Positions 40,192 to 51,518 are shown, numbered from the stretch's first letter. The stretch: 64,000 nucleotides of DNA from Alphaproteobacteria bacterium (GCA_963665325.3 CAXXWS020000003.1:992001-1056000), one strand, 5' to 3'. Notes: generated from the sequence alone by a model not told the origin. Numbers and translations are program-made.

Positions 40192-41052
40192 ATGAGGGGA
40201 CTGCCGGAAATGCACGCTAGAATCGGGGGACGGACACGGATTATCGCGCTTCTTGGCGTGCCGACTGTGACCTTCAAGTCGCCCCTTATCTACAACCCCT
40301 GGTTCCGGAACCAGGGCATCGACTGCATCATGGTGCCGATGGGCTGCGAGGCGGCGGATTTCCGGGCCTTCCTGCCGCTCGTCTTCCGCCTGCGCAACAT
40401 TGCCGGCGCGCTCATCACCATGCCGCACAAGGTGGCGGCGGCGGGCCTGCTGGACGAGGCCGGCCTCGCCGCGGACATCTGCGGATCGTGCAACGCGGTG
40501 AAGCGCGACGGGAACGGCCGTCTGGTCGGCGACATGTTCGACGGCGAGGGCTTCGTCGCCGGCCTTCGCGGCAAGGGCCGCGAGGTCCGAGGCACCTCGG
40601 CGCTTGTCGTGGGATCGGGCGGAGTCGGGTCCGCCATCGCGGCATCGCTCGCACAGGGCGGCGCACGGCACCTGGCCCTTTTCGACATCGACGGAGAGGC
40701 CTGCGACAGGCTCGCGGTCCGGCTGCGCACCCATTACCCGGACCTCGTCCTCAAGACCGCATCGAACGACCCGCAGGGCCATGACATCGTCGTCAACGCA
40801 ACGCCGGTCGGCATGAAACCGGACGACTCCCTGCCGATGGACGTGGAACGCATCGTGCCGGGCAGCTTCGTCGGAGATGTCGTGCTCGCGCAGGAGGAGA
40901 CCCCGTTCCTCGCCGCGGCCCGAGCCAGGGGATGCCAGACCCAGGCCGGGATCGACATGGTCTTCGAGCAGGTCCCGGCCTGTCTGGAATTCTTCGGCTT
41001 CCCCACGGCCGTGCCGGAGGAACTGCGCCGGCTCGCCGAACTCGAGGATTGA
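40192..41052 (+). CDS. Shikimate dehydrogenase-family protein
   Basis: KSP, TMPHK, CNAV, GSGGVG and NATPVGM. Confidence 0.88.
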   Translation: MRGLPEMHARIGGRTRIIALLGVPTVTFKSPLIYNPWFRNQGIDCIMVPMGCEAADFRAFLPLVFRLRNIAGALITMPHKVAAAGLLDEAGLAADICGSCNAVKRDGNGRLVGDMFDGEGFVAGLRGKGREVRGTSALVVGSGGVGSAIAASLAQGGARHLALFDIDGEACDRLAVRLRTHYPDLVLKTASNDPQGHDIVVNATPVGMKPDDSLPMDVERIVPGSFVGDVVLAQEETPFLAAARARGCQTQAGIDMVFEQVPACLEFFGFPTAVPEELRRLAELED

Positions 41053-41104
41053 TACCGGCCGGGGGCTTCGACACAGGAGAAGCCGTGGTAAGCTGGACAC
41101 AGGC

Positions 41105-41131
41105 AAAAGGCGGCTTGCGGAGCCGTCTTTT
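41105..41131. terminator. Probable bidirectional intrinsic terminator
   Basis: AAAAGGCGGCT-TGCGG-AGCCGTCTTTT. Confidence 0.6.
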
Positions 41132-41271
41132 CGACTCCGGAAACCGAAGGAACCGCATTGTCATGCCGAAGACGGACAGAGGACATGCGCTCATCGGTTT
41201 CGAGCCCTGAACCGCGGCGCGAGGACAGCGGGTCGACCGGCCACCTCGGATCCGGCACCCGGTAAAGCCCG

Positions 41272-42183
41272 ATGCTTGCGCGCTTCCAGGCCCTGCCGCC
41301 CGTCGCCCGGGGCATGTTGCTGATGGTCGTCACAACGGTCTGCTTCACGGCGATGCACACGATGGCGCGGGCGATGGGCGAGGTCTTGCCGCCCTTCGAG
41401 GTCGCATTCTTCCGCAACCTGTTCGGCCTGCTGGCGCTGGCGCCTGTCTTCCTGCGCCACGGTATCGCGCCCCTGAAAACGGAGAAGCTGCGCCTCCACG
41501 CGCTGAGGGGCGCGGTGCAGGCGGGCTGGATGCTGGCCTTTTTTACCGGGCTCACGATGATCCCGTTGGCCGACGTAACAGCTCTCGCATTCTCCGCACC
41601 GCTGTTCGGCAGCCTGCTGGCCGTGATCCTGCTGGGCGAGGTCATCCGCATGCGCAGGGTTGCGGCGTTGGTCGTGGGCTTCGTCGGCGTGCTGGTGGTG
41701 CTGCGTCCGGGCTTCGAGGAGGTCAGCGCCGGCGCTCTGCTGATCGTCGCCGCCTCGATCGCCTGGGGCTTGACGATCACGATCATCAAGGTCCTGGCGA
41801 AGACTGAATCGAGCGTGACGCAAACGGTCTATATGGGCCTGTTTCTCACCCCGATCATCCTCGTGCCGGCGCTCTTCGTCTGGGAGTGGCCGGAGCCCGT
41901 TCACTATCTGTGGCTTATCGCCATCGGCATTTTCGGCACTCTCGGCCACCTCGCCTTCGCGCAGGCCGTCAAGCTCGCCGATTCGACGGCCGTCCTGCCG
42001 CTCGACTTCCTGCGGCTCATCTGGGCGAGCCTGATTGGATTCTTCCTGTTCTCCGAAGTGCCCGACGCCCTGTCCTGGCTCGGAGGTGCGGTCATTTTCG
42101 TCTCGGCCACCTATATCGCCTTCCGGGAAAGCCGGCAGGCGCTGTCAAAGCAGATGCCGGCTGCTTCTTCCGACACCCGCTAA
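41272..42183 (+). CDS. DMT/EamA transporter, copy 1
   Basis: Ten hydrophobic segments; FFRNLFG, LLGE and VLRPG. Confidence 0.92.
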   Translation: MLARFQALPPVARGMLLMVVTTVCFTAMHTMARAMGEVLPPFEVAFFRNLFGLLALAPVFLRHGIAPLKTEKLRLHALRGAVQAGWMLAFFTGLTMIPLADVTALAFSAPLFGSLLAVILLGEVIRMRRVAALVVGFVGVLVVLRPGFEEVSAGALLIVAASIAWGLTITIIKVLAKTESSVTQTVYMGLFLTPIILVPALFVWEWPEPVHYLWLIAIGIFGTLGHLAFAQAVKLADSTAVLPLDFLRLIWASLIGFFLFSEVPDALSWLGGAVIFVSATYIAFRESRQALSKQMPAASSDTR

Positions 42184-42189
42184 AGGCCG

Positions 42190-43098
42190 ATGTTCGCGCG
42201 CTTCCAGGCTCTGCCGCCTACCGCCCAGGGCATGTCCCTGATGATCTTGACCACGCTCTGCTTCACGACGATGCAGACGATGGTACGGCTGATGGGCGAG
42301 GCGCTGCCGCCCTTCGAGGTTGCATTCTTCCGCAACCTGTTCGGCCTGCTCGCGCTGGCGCCGATCTTCCTGCGCCACGGCATCGGGCCCTTGCGCACGA
42401 AGAAGCTGCATCTCCATGCGCTGAGAGGCGCGGTGCAGGCGGGCGGAATGCTGGCCTTCTTCACCGGGGTCACGATGATTCCGCTCGCTGAGGTAACGGC
42501 GCTCTCCTTCTCCGCGCCGCTGTTCGGCAGTCTGCTGGCCGTGATCCTGCTGGGCGAGGTCATCCGCGTGCGCCGCATCACGGCGCTGGTCGCCGGTTTC
42601 GCCGGCGTGCTGCTGGTGTTGCGTCCGGGCTTCGAGGAGATCAGCACGGGGGCCATGCTGATCGTCGCCTCCTCGCTCACATGGGGCATGGCGATCACGC
42701 TCATCAAGGTGCTGGCGAAGACCGAAACGAGCGTGACGCAGACCGTCTATATGGGCCTGTTCCTTACCCCGATAACCTTCGTCCCCGCGCTCTTCGTCTG
42801 GGAATGGCCGCAGCCGGAGCACTATATCTGGTTCGCAGCCATCGGCATTGTCGGAACCGTCGGGCACATCGCTTTCGCTCAGGCCGTCAAGCTTGCCGAT
42901 TCGACGGCGGTGCTGCCGCTCGACTTCCTGCGGCTCATCTGGGCGAGCCTTGTCGGATTCCTCCTGTTCGCCGAGGTGCCGGATGCCGGGTCCTGGCTCG
43001 GTGGCGCGGTCATTTTCGCCTCGGCGACCTATATCGCCTTCCGCGAAAGCCGGCTCGCGCGGTCGAAACAGGCTGGCAATGCTTCTACCGACACTTGA
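42190..43098 (+). CDS. DMT/EamA transporter, copy 2
   Basis: Collinear close paralogue of copy 1. Confidence 0.92.
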   Translation: MFARFQALPPTAQGMSLMILTTLCFTTMQTMVRLMGEALPPFEVAFFRNLFGLLALAPIFLRHGIGPLRTKKLHLHALRGAVQAGGMLAFFTGVTMIPLAEVTALSFSAPLFGSLLAVILLGEVIRVRRITALVAGFAGVLLVLRPGFEEISTGAMLIVASSLTWGMAITLIKVLAKTETSVTQTVYMGLFLTPITFVPALFVWEWPQPEHYIWFAAIGIVGTVGHIAFAQAVKLADSTAVLPLDFLRLIWASLVGFLLFAEVPDAGSWLGGAVIFASATYIAFRESRLARSKQAGNASTDT

Positions 43099-43155
43099 AC
43101 AAGCAGACAAACGCCCCTATAATAACGCCAAATTTGAAGTTCCGGAGTCATTCCG

Positions 43156-45531
43156 ATGACCAGCGCGATCATGCGTTCCGAGCGGCCGGTGCTGTTCTCG
43201 CCGCGGCTGCGCCACGGCCTCCGACGGCTGGGGCTGAGGGCGCTCGGCAGCGTGCAGCTTGCTGCGGGGCTGGCGCTGGCGCTGGCGCTGGTTACCTATG
43301 ACGCCTCCGATCCTGCCGCCAATGTCGCCTCCGGCGGCGCGACCTCGAATGTGCTCGGCAGCGCCGGCGCCTGGATTGCGGACTGGCTGCTGCGCGGCTT
43401 CGGCGTGGCGGCCGCGGCCGCGGCCGTCGTCCCGATCGCCTGGGGATGCCGCGGGCTCAAGCTGAAGCGCACCCGCCGCGTCGCGCTGCGCCTGATCGCC
43501 CTTGTCCTGGTCCTGCCCTGCCTTGCCATGGGGCTGGCGGCGCTTCAGGGCGTCGGCGACTGGCCGCTTCGAGAGGGCCCGGGAGGCGCTATCGGCACGG
43601 TGCTGTACCACCGCGCGGAGTTGCTGTTCGGCGGTTCGGCGTGGATCGTCCATGCCGCCAGCCTGGGCGTCGCAGCGCTGCTCGCGGCTTGGGCGTTCGG
43701 TTTCGACCTGGAGGATTGGGCCTGGGTCGGCGCCGGCGTAGTTGCGGCCGGGCGCGGGCTTCGGCGCGCCGCCGGGCTGCTCCCTGTGCCGTCGGTAAGA
43801 CTATCCGCCCATGCCCGGCGGACCGAGAACCCGCATCGCACCCGGCGCCGGACCGCGCCGGCGCTGCGCCAGGCCGGAATCGAGGAGGACGATATAATCG
43901 TCCCCGTCGAAGCGGAGGAAGTGCCTCCCGTGCCGCCACCGCCTGCACCGCCCGAGCAGCAGCCGGCCCGGCGCAGGAAGCGCGGACCGACGATACAGCA
44001 GCGCAGGCTGCCTCTCGACGATGGCTACATGACGCCGCCCGTCGAACTTCTGCAATTGCCGCCGCCCGATGCCGAGCGCGGCATGCCCGACGATGAGACG
44101 CTGGAGCGCAACGCAGCGCTGCTGATGTCGGTGCTTGAAGATTTCGGCATCGGCGGCGAGGTGGTTGCGACGCGCCCCGGCCCCGTGGTCACGCTCTACG
44201 AATTCGAGCCCCAGGCCGGAATCAAGTCATCGCGCATCATCGGGCTCGCAGACGACATTGCCCGCTACATGTCCGCGGTCTCCGTACGCGTCGCGCTCGT
44301 TCCCGGCCGCACGGTGATCGGCATCGAAATGCCGAACCGGATCCGCCAGACCGTCTTCATGCGCGAACTGATCGAGACGGATGCGTACGAACTGTCGAAG
44401 GCCGATCTGCCGCTGATACTCGGCAAGGATATCGGCGGCGGCCCGCAGGTTGCCCAGCTGGAGCGGATGCCGCATCTGCTGATCGCCGGCACGACCGGTT
44501 CCGGCAAGTCGGTGGCGATCAACACCATGATCCTCTCGCTGCTTTACAAACTGCCGCCGGAGCGCTGCCGGCTCATCATGGTCGATCCGAAGATGCTGGA
44601 ACTCTCGGTCTATGAGGGAATTCCGCATCTCCTGACCCCGGTCGTCACCGATCCCAGGAAGGCCGTCGTCGCGCTCAAATGGACCGTGCGCGAGATGGAG
44701 AACCGTTACCGGGTGATGTCCGCGCTCGGCGTGCGCAATATCGGCGGCTACAACGCCCGCATCGCCGAGGCGCTCACGCAGGGCGAGACGCTGACACGCC
44801 GGGTGCAGACAGGCTACGACCCGGAGACGGGCGCACCGGAGTTCGAGGACCAGCCCCTCGACATGCGCCCCCTGCCCTTCATCGTGGTGGTGATCGACGA
44901 ACTCGCCGACCTGATGCTGGTCGCGCGGAACGACATCGAGACCGCAATCCAGCGTCTCGCCCAAATGGCGCGGGCCGCCGGCATCCATCTGCTCATGGCG
45001 ACCCAGCGCCCGTCCGTGGATGTCATCACAGGCACGATCAAGGCAAATTTCCCGACCCGGATCAGCTTCCAGGTCACGTCCAAGATCGACAGCCGCACCA
45101 TTCTGGGAGAAGGCGGCGCGGAGCAGCTTCTCGGCCAGGGCGACATGCTGTTCATGGCCGGCGGAGGCCGCATCGCCCGCATCCACGGCCCCTTTGTCTC
45201 GGACGAGGAAGTCGAGGAGATCGTCGCCCATCTGAAGACGCAGGGGTCGCCCGACTATCTCGACGCCATCACCGAGGACGAGGATGTCGCTTCCGGGATT
45301 CCGGGTTTCGAGAAGCCCGAAGGCGAGTCGGGCGACGACGACCTCTACGACCGCGCCGTGGCCTTCGTCGCACGCGAGCGCAAGGTGTCCGTCAGCCTCA
45401 TCCAGCGCCATCTGCGCATCGGCTACAACCGCGCCGCGCGCATCGTCGAAGAGATGGAGGCGCAGGGCGTCGTCAGCGGGCCCAACCACCAGAACAAGCG
45501 CGAAGTGCTGGTAGGCGGACATGGCGATTGA
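43156..45531 (+). CDS. ftsK: DNA translocase FtsK
   Basis: Membrane N-terminus, [24 protein letters not shown] and gamma domain IGYNRAAR. Confidence 0.97.
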   Translation: MTSAIMRSERPVLFSPRLRHGLRRLGLRALGSVQLAAGLALALALVTYDASDPAANVASGGATSNVLGSAGAWIADWLLRGFGVAAAAAAVVPIAWGCRGLKLKRTRRVALRLIALVLVLPCLAMGLAALQGVGDWPLREGPGGAIGTVLYHRAELLFGGSAWIVHAASLGVAALLAAWAFGFDLEDWAWVGAGVVAAGRGLRRAAGLLPVPSVRLSAHARRTENPHRTRRRTAPALRQAGIEEDDIIVPVEAEEVPPVPPPPAPPEQQPARRRKRGPTIQQRRLPLDDGYMTPPVELLQLPPPDAERGMPDDETLERNAALLMSVLEDFGIGGEVVATRPGPVVTLYEFEPQAGIKSSRIIGLADDIARYMSAVSVRVALVPGRTVIGIEMPNRIRQTVFMRELIETDAYELSKADLPLILGKDIGGGPQVAQLERMPHLLIAGTTGSGKSVAINTMILSLLYKLPPERCRLIMVDPKMLELSVYEGIPHLLTPVVTDPRKAVVALKWTVREMENRYRVMSALGVRNIGGYNARIAEALTQGETLTRRVQTGYDPETGAPEFEDQPLDMRPLPFIVVVIDELADLMLVARNDIETAIQRLAQMARAAGIHLLMATQRPSVDVITGTIKANFPTRISFQVTSKIDSRTILGEGGAEQLLGQGDMLFMAGGGRIARIHGPFVSDEEVEEIVAHLKTQGSPDYLDAITEDEDVASGIPGFEKPEGESGDDDLYDRAVAFVARERKVSVSLIQRHLRIGYNRAARIVEEMEAQGVVSGPNHQNKREVLVGGHGD

Positions 45532-46174
45532 CCGGCTGTTCCGGACTGCGGCGGCAGCTTTGCTTTCCTTTGCGTTCGCTTCGCCCGCCTCCGCCGACAG
45601 CGCCGCCCTCGACGACGGGGACCGCACTGCCATCGCGCGCGCCGAGGCCTATCTGAACGGGCTGACCACGCTGCAGGCGCGCTTCGTGCAGCTCGATTCC
45701 TCGGGCGAGGCCGCAACCGGCAGACTCATGGTCAGGCGTCCGGGGCGGATGCGCTTCGAATACGATCCCCCGACACCGATCCTGCTGGTGTCGCCTGGCT
45801 CCGAACTGATCTATTACGACCGCGACCTCAAGACGGCGACCCGCCTCGACTGGGAGGATACGCCCGCCTGGTTCCTGCTGGCCGACAGGGTGTCGCTGTC
45901 GCCGGACGGCCCTTACCGGGTTGTCGATGTCCAACAGTCGCCGGGCCTGCTGGTCTTTACGGCCGAGGACGCCGACGCCCCGGACAACGGATACATCGCC
46001 GTCAGCTTCGCCGACCGGCTCGGAACGCTGAAACTGACAGGATGGGTTGCGGTGGACGCGCTCGGCCAGCCGACCCGGATCACCCTGTTCAACATTGCGG
46101 CGAACCTGCCGATCGACGACTCGGCCTTCGTGTTCGACGAACCCCTTTCCGCCTTCGAGAAGCAGGACCCATAG
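45521..46174 (+). CDS. lolA: Outer-membrane lipoprotein carrier LolA
   Basis: ARFVQ and RPGRMRFEY; usual position after ftsK. Confidence 0.9.
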   Translation: MAIDRLFRTAAAALLSFAFASPASADSAALDDGDRTAIARAEAYLNGLTTLQARFVQLDSSGEAATGRLMVRRPGRMRFEYDPPTPILLVSPGSELIYYDRDLKTATRLDWEDTPAWFLLADRVSLSPDGPYRVVDVQQSPGLLVFTAEDADAPDNGYIAVSFADRLGTLKLTGWVAVDALGQPTRITLFNIAANLPIDDSAFVFDEPLSAFEKQDP

Positions 46175-46249
46175 GCGCTCTCCCTTCGCCGGAGGCGGAA
46201 GACAGTTGAAACGGCGCGCCGGGCGAAGAATAATCGGGGAAAGCCGGCC

Positions 46250-47137
46250 ATGACGGAGCTTTCCACGATGCAGACACTGACCCCCGAACAGCGCCGCAAT
46301 TGGGACATCGACGGCTACCTGCTCGTCGAGGGAGCGTTGGCGCCCGACAAGGTGTCCCTCTTCTCGGACAAGATCGACGAGATCCGCAAACGTCCGGGTT
46401 ACGAGCCGTTGTCGGGCATGCTTCCGCGAGGCCATTACGGCTGGGTCGAGCAGTGCACCGACCAGAACCCCGAAGCCTTCATGGACCGGCGCGACCTGCT
46501 CTCCTACGACCAGTCCTTCATAGACCTGATCGACCATGCGCCGGTTTTCGACCTCATCGTCGACATAATGGGCCCCAACCTCGCCTTCAGCATGTCGCAG
46601 GCCATCGTGCGCGCTTCCGGCGACGGCTTCGAAGGCTTCACCCACACCGATGGCGGCGAGGGCCAGCGCGAGGTGCGGGTGACCGAAACCAGCCGGCCCA
46701 TCGCGGTCAAGGCGCTCTATCTGCTGACCGATGTGGAAGGCCGCGACGCCGGCAATTTCACCGTGTATCCCGGCAGCCACATGCGTCCCTTCCCCTGGGA
46801 CCGCCAGCCGCCGCTTTCGCCGCAATCGCCGGGCGCGGTGCATCTCGAAGGCAAGGCCGGCGACTGCTTCATCTTCTCCCACGCGCTCTGGCACGGGCCG
46901 GCGCCGAACCGTTCCGGCCGCGCGCGCAAGACGTTGCTCTACAACTATTCGCAGATGTTCATGCGCGCCTACGACTATCACGGCTCGCACAGCCTCACCC
47001 AGCGCGCCACGCCGCGCCAGCGCCGCCTGATGGGCGACCTCGGCTACGACTTCCGCCCCGGCTCCTATTTCTATGTGCCGGACGACCAGACCGAGGTCAT
47101 CATGGGCCGCAGCGAAGCGGCAGCCGCAGCCGAATAG
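46250..47137 (+). CDS. Phytanoyl-CoA dioxygenase (PhyH)-family protein
   Basis: DGYL, HTD, PGSH, AGD...WH..R. Confidence 0.88.
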   Translation: MTELSTMQTLTPEQRRNWDIDGYLLVEGALAPDKVSLFSDKIDEIRKRPGYEPLSGMLPRGHYGWVEQCTDQNPEAFMDRRDLLSYDQSFIDLIDHAPVFDLIVDIMGPNLAFSMSQAIVRASGDGFEGFTHTDGGEGQREVRVTETSRPIAVKALYLLTDVEGRDAGNFTVYPGSHMRPFPWDRQPPLSPQSPGAVHLEGKAGDCFIFSHALWHGPAPNRSGRARKTLLYNYSQMFMRAYDYHGSHSLTQRATPRQRRLMGDLGYDFRPGSYFYVPDDQTEVIMGRSEAAAAAE

Positions 47138-47158
47138 GATGCGGCCTCCCGGAGAGGC

Positions 47159-48610
47159 TCAGAAGGCAGTGAAATACTCCGCGTGCTCCCATTCCGAGAC
47201 GGTCATGAGGTAACGGTCCCATTCCGCACGCTTTAGCCTCGCCAGATAGGACACAAACGCGTCCCCAAGGACGGCGCGATACATCTCCGACGCCTCGAAA
47301 CTCTCGATGGCGGCCAGCAGGCTGACCGGCAGGCGCTCGGCGCCTTCGTCGTCGTAGGGGTCGGCAAGGGGCGGAGGCGGGACCAGGCCGTTCTCCAGCC
47401 CGTCCAGCCCCGAGAGGATCTGGAAGGCGAGCGCAAAATAGGGATTGGCGGTGCTGTCGGGCACACGGTTCTCCACCCGGCTGGCCGGGTCGCCGGGAGC
47501 CAGGAGCGTGCGCAGCATGGCGCCGCGATTGTCCCCGGCCCAGCCGATGCGGTTGGGCGCCAGCAGGTAGGAGGTGTAGCGCTTGTAGCCGTTCACCGTG
47601 GGCGTCGTGGCGATGCAGGAGGCCGCGGCATGGCGCAGGAGGCCGGCAATCCAGCCGCTTGCCGCAGGCGTGAGCGCGCCGTCCGGGCCGGGGGCGAAAA
47701 GGTTCCGTCCATCCGCATCGGCGAGGGACTGGTGGATATGCCAGCCATTGCTCGCGGCGTTGGGCAGCCGGGGCCGGGCCATGAACGAGGCCAGGAGCCC
47801 CTCGCGGTGGCACATCTCCTTGACCATCGTGCGGAAATTGACCGCCATGTCGGCAATCGTCATGGGATCGCCGGGAGCAAAGGTGAACTCGAACTGGCTC
47901 GGTCCCATCTCGATCTCGACGCTGCGCACCGGCATGCCCATGGTCTGCGCGGCGCGGCGGAGCCTGTCGAGAAGCGCCTCGCTCTCGCCGTAACGCGTTT
48001 CGGTCAGATACTGGTAGCCTTGGTTCAGCGCGCGCGTCACCGGAGGACGGGCCGGCATGGTGGTGTCCGCGTGGTCGAGCGCGGGATCGGTGACCTCGAA
48101 GACCTGGAATTCCACCTCCAATCCCACGACCGCCCGCATACCCTGTTCGGAGAGCCTGTCGCAGGCGCCCTGCAGGATCCGGCGCGAGGCGAAAGAGACG
48201 GGCTCCCCCGAAGTCATCGACACATCGCAATGGATCAGCGCGGAATGCGGCGACCAGGGCAGCACGCGGAATGTGTGCGGCAGGGGCGCCAGCACCAGGT
48301 CGCCCGCTCCCAGCATCGGCGCGTCACCTCCTTCCGACCAGACGGGAAACACCGTCCGGTGCGAGACGTCCTTGAGCAACAGGGTGGAAGGGGCCCGAAT
48401 GCCGGAGGCGAAGGCGTCCGTCAGCGCCTCGGCCGTGATCGTCTTGCCGCGCAGGATGCCGTGAGGATCGGCAAGGACTACGCGGACGGTCTCGATTCCT
48501 TCGGCCTCGACCAGCGCGACCGTTTCCGCGGCGCGGGCGATATCCTCCTGCGAAAGCGCGCCCGTTCGCGCCAGGGCGCCCGCCCGGATCCTGTCTTCGA
48601 CGGTGGCCAT
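47159..48610 (-). CDS. Glutamine synthetase-like protein (probable gamma-glutamyl ligase)
   Basis: GLEVEF, EMGPSQFE, NGWHIHQS, DNRGAM and ENR..D..ANPY. Confidence 0.88.
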   Translation of the reverse strand: MATVEDRIRAGALARTGALSQEDIARAAETVALVEAEGIETVRVVLADPHGILRGKTITAEALTDAFASGIRAPSTLLLKDVSHRTVFPVWSEGGDAPMLGAGDLVLAPLPHTFRVLPWSPHSALIHCDVSMTSGEPVSFASRRILQGACDRLSEQGMRAVVGLEVEFQVFEVTDPALDHADTTMPARPPVTRALNQGYQYLTETRYGESEALLDRLRRAAQTMGMPVRSVEIEMGPSQFEFTFAPGDPMTIADMAVNFRTMVKEMCHREGLLASFMARPRLPNAASNGWHIHQSLADADGRNLFAPGPDGALTPAASGWIAGLLRHAAASCIATTPTVNGYKRYTSYLLAPNRIGWAGDNRGAMLRTLLAPGDPASRVENRVPDSTANPYFALAFQILSGLDGLENGLVPPPPLADPYDDEGAERLPVSLLAAIESFEASEMYRAVLGDAFVSYLARLKRAEWDRYLMTVSEWEHAEYFTAF

Positions 48611-48616
48611 GTCCGT

Positions 48617-49936
48617 CTAGACCGACGCATCCCAGGGGCATGCGGCGCGGCGCTCCAGGTCGGCTCGCATGCTGGCGGCTTCCCAGTCGGCCGTGTTCGC
48701 AATGGCGTCGTTGGACAAGGGTCCGACGATCCCGGCCACATCGACGCCTTTCCGCATGGGCAGAGCTGTCTCCTCGTTCCCGGCCAGACCCTCGATAGCC
48801 CCCCGCAACAGCCTGCGATACTGCACGATACCTGCATCGGTCGCGCCCAGATGCTCCCTGGTGCGGTCCTGGATCGGGCCCATGCCCTCGACTGCCCACT
48901 GGTCGTGCACATTGATGTCGAGCCCCATGCCCGTATAGGTCCGGGCCTCCTGTTCTTCCGGCCGGTATCCGTAATTGTTGCCCCTGTTCTTCAGCGGGGC
49001 GTAGTCGGGCAGGCTGTGTTCCTTTAACCGTTGCGCGCGCATCGTCTCTTTGTCCACCGGTTTGTCGAAACTGGTGAACAGGGAGTACCAGTAGCAGGTC
49101 TCGTCATCGACCGGCACGTGCCACTGGGTAATCGTCATCTCGCGGCTCATCGGGATGCAGATCGCCGCGGGGAAGATCTGGTTCGTGACGCGCACATGGG
49201 TCAAGCCGTTTCCCATATGTCTGAGCGCGGTCAGCTTGAGCCCGAATTCGGTCTCCTCGACCCTGATCTCGGGACGCGGATATTCCCGCAGCAGCTGCGT
49301 CATGGGGATGTTGGTGCCGGTGGCCGCGCTGTCCCGGAACTGCCTGCCGTAGCCCGCCTTCGGGTCCTCGTCCTCGAGGAAGCGGTGCAGGAAGGAGGCG
49401 TGGGCAGGATCGATGCCGATTTCCAGCGCCTGCAGCCAGTTGCACTCCCACAGTCCCTTGAACGCGAAGACATGCGTCCCGGGCGCCCGGAAGCAGTCGA
49501 AATTGGGGAAGGCCGGCGGCTCGCCGGGACCCATATAGGCAAAGACGATGCCGTTCTTTTCGACGACCGGATAGGATACCGACCTGATCTGCCTGAACAT
49601 TTCCGAGCCCTCGGGCTCGCCCGGCTGTTCGATGCATCGGCCGTTGCGGTCGTAGAGCCAGCCGTGGAACGGGCAGCGCAGGCCGTTGTCTTCGCGGCGG
49701 CCGAAGCACAGGTCTGCGCCCCGGTGCAGGCAGTGCCTGCCGATCAGTCCGAGCCCCCCCTCATTGTCGCGAAACAGCACCAGCCGCTCGCCCAGAAGCG
49801 TCACCGGCACGACCGGGCGCTCGCCCTTCAGCTCGTCGCTGAGCGCGGCCGGCTGCCAGTAGCGGCGAAGCACCTCGCCCGCGGGCTCACCCTTGCCCGT
49901 CCGGGTAAGCCGATCGTTGAGTTCCCGGCTCATCAT
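48617..49936 (-). CDS. Rieske non-heme iron oxygenase alpha subunit (phthalate dioxygenase/LigX-like)
   Basis: CLHRG...CPFHGW and DPAHASFLH; start at MMSREL. Confidence 0.93.
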   Translation of the reverse strand: MMSRELNDRLTRTGKGEPAGEVLRRYWQPAALSDELKGERPVVPVTLLGERLVLFRDNEGGLGLIGRHCLHRGADLCFGRREDNGLRCPFHGWLYDRNGRCIEQPGEPEGSEMFRQIRSVSYPVVEKNGIVFAYMGPGEPPAFPNFDCFRAPGTHVFAFKGLWECNWLQALEIGIDPAHASFLHRFLEDEDPKAGYGRQFRDSAATGTNIPMTQLLREYPRPEIRVEETEFGLKLTALRHMGNGLTHVRVTNQIFPAAICIPMSREMTITQWHVPVDDETCYWYSLFTSFDKPVDKETMRAQRLKEHSLPDYAPLKNRGNNYGYRPEEQEARTYTGMGLDINVHDQWAVEGMGPIQDRTREHLGATDAGIVQYRRLLRGAIEGLAGNEETALPMRKGVDVAGIVGPLSNDAIANTADWEAASMRADLERRAACPWDASV

Positions 49937-51195
49937 GGTTCGGCTCCTGCAATTGCGGACACCGGGCCGCGCCGGTCCACAGGCGCCGCCAGACAGGCCT
50001 TGAGCGGAGTGTCCGGGTCCGAAGCGGCAGCCCTGTCGAACAGGCCGGGCTCGCCGATCAGCCGGCGCGAGGCCATGTGGTCGGCAACCGCATTGACGGA
50101 ATAGACGGCGACGAGGCGGTCCCCCAGGGTCTCGACAAGGCTGAAGCTGCCGCTCTCGAGGGCACCGCGGACCGTCAGTTCGCCGCCCCGGACCGAAAGG
50201 CCCGCCATCTGGAGCTTCATGTCGAACTGGTCGCTCCAGAACCACGGCACGGGATCGTATGAGCCGCCCTGCCCCGTAATCTGCCGGGCAACCGCCCTGC
50301 CCTGGTCCACCGCATTTTGCACCGATTCCAGCCGTGTCCGGCTGCCCGTTACCGGCAAGTCGAACGCTGTGCAATCGCCGACCGCATACACGTCCGGAAT
50401 CGTGCTTTGCATGGCCCCGTCGACCAGGATTCCGCCGAGCGCGGTCGCAGCCCCGGCATCCGCCGCCAGGCCGATATCGGGCACGCTGCCCACGCAGACC
50501 AGAACCAGATCGGCCGTCAGGGAGACCCCGCTCGATAGCTTAACCGAGACGATCCGGCCGTCCTCCGCGGCGACCCTGTCGATCTGCGCACCGAGGTGAA
50601 TGCGCACGCCCTCGGCGCGGTGCCGGTGACAGATATATTCGGACAAGGCCGCGGGAATCGCACGCGTCAGCAGCCGGTCCTGCATCTCGACGACATCGAC
50701 CGTGAGCCCCAGCTTGCGCGCAGTTGCGGCAACTTCCAGCCCGATGAACCCGCCGCCGACGATGACCAGGTTCGCTCCGGGGGCAAGCGCATCCTGCAGC
50801 GATTGCGCGTCCTGCATGTTCCGAAGCACGAAGACATTCTCGCCCTGGAAGCCTTCGAGCATCCGCGCGCCGGCTCCGGTGGCGATCACGGCCTTGTCGT
50901 AGGCCAGGGTCCCGTCCGCCAGCCGCACCGTCTTCGATGCCGGGTCGAGCGCGCGGGCGCGGATGCCGAGCATGAGCTCGATGCCGTTCCGCTCGAAATA
51001 GTCGGGGCCCCGAAGCGCGATCTGCTCCGGGCGCTTCTCGCCCGCCAGCATCGCCTTGGACAGGGGGGGGCGGTGATAGGGCGCGCAGTCCTCGTCGCCA
51101 ATCAGGCGGATCGGCTCCTGGTAGCCGGCCTGGCGCAGCGAGGCGGCGGCCTGAACCCCGGCATGACCGGCGCCGACGATGACGGTGCCCGACAT
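49933..51195 (-). CDS. FAD-dependent ferredoxin reductase
   Basis: GAGHAG, RPPLSK, GGGFIGLE and PWFWSDQ. Confidence 0.93.
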   Translation of the reverse strand: MSGTVIVGAGHAGVQAAASLRQAGYQEPIRLIGDEDCAPYHRPPLSKAMLAGEKRPEQIALRGPDYFERNGIELMLGIRARALDPASKTVRLADGTLAYDKAVIATGAGARMLEGFQGENVFVLRNMQDAQSLQDALAPGANLVIVGGGFIGLEVAATARKLGLTVDVVEMQDRLLTRAIPAALSEYICHRHRAEGVRIHLGAQIDRVAAEDGRIVSVKLSSGVSLTADLVLVCVGSVPDIGLAADAGAATALGGILVDGAMQSTIPDVYAVGDCTAFDLPVTGSRTRLESVQNAVDQGRAVARQITGQGGSYDPVPWFWSDQFDMKLQMAGLSVRGGELTVRGALESGSFSLVETLGDRLVAVYSVNAVADHMASRRLIGEPGLFDRAAASDPDTPLKACLAAPVDRRGPVSAIAGAEP

Positions 51196-51518
51196 CAGAT
51201 CTGCACACGCGGCAATTGGAACACCGCGCCCTCAAGGGACGGCTCCAGCTCTATCTGGCAGGAAAGCCGGCTGTTCGGGCGCCTCTCGTCCGCCGCAAAG
51301 TCCAGCATGTCCAGCTCGTAGGCATCGTCTGCCGGGCCGACGCTCTCGGGGGCGTATACATGGCAGGTCGCGCAGGCGCAGGCGCCGCCGCATTCGGCCT
51401 CGATACCCGGGACATCGTTCATGATGGCGACTTCCATCACGCTGGTGCCCGGCGTCCCGCTCACATGGAACATCTCTCCGTCGGCTGTCCTGAATGCGAT
51501 GCTGATTTCATCCGTCAT
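51195..51518 (-). CDS. 2Fe-2S ferredoxin (putidaredoxin type)
   Basis: CGGACACATCH and SRLSCQ. Confidence 0.93.
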   Translation of the reverse strand: MTDEISIAFRTADGEMFHVSGTPGTSVMEVAIMNDVPGIEAECGGACACATCHVYAPESVGPADDAYELDMLDFAADERRPNSRLSCQIELEPSLEGAVFQLPRVQI

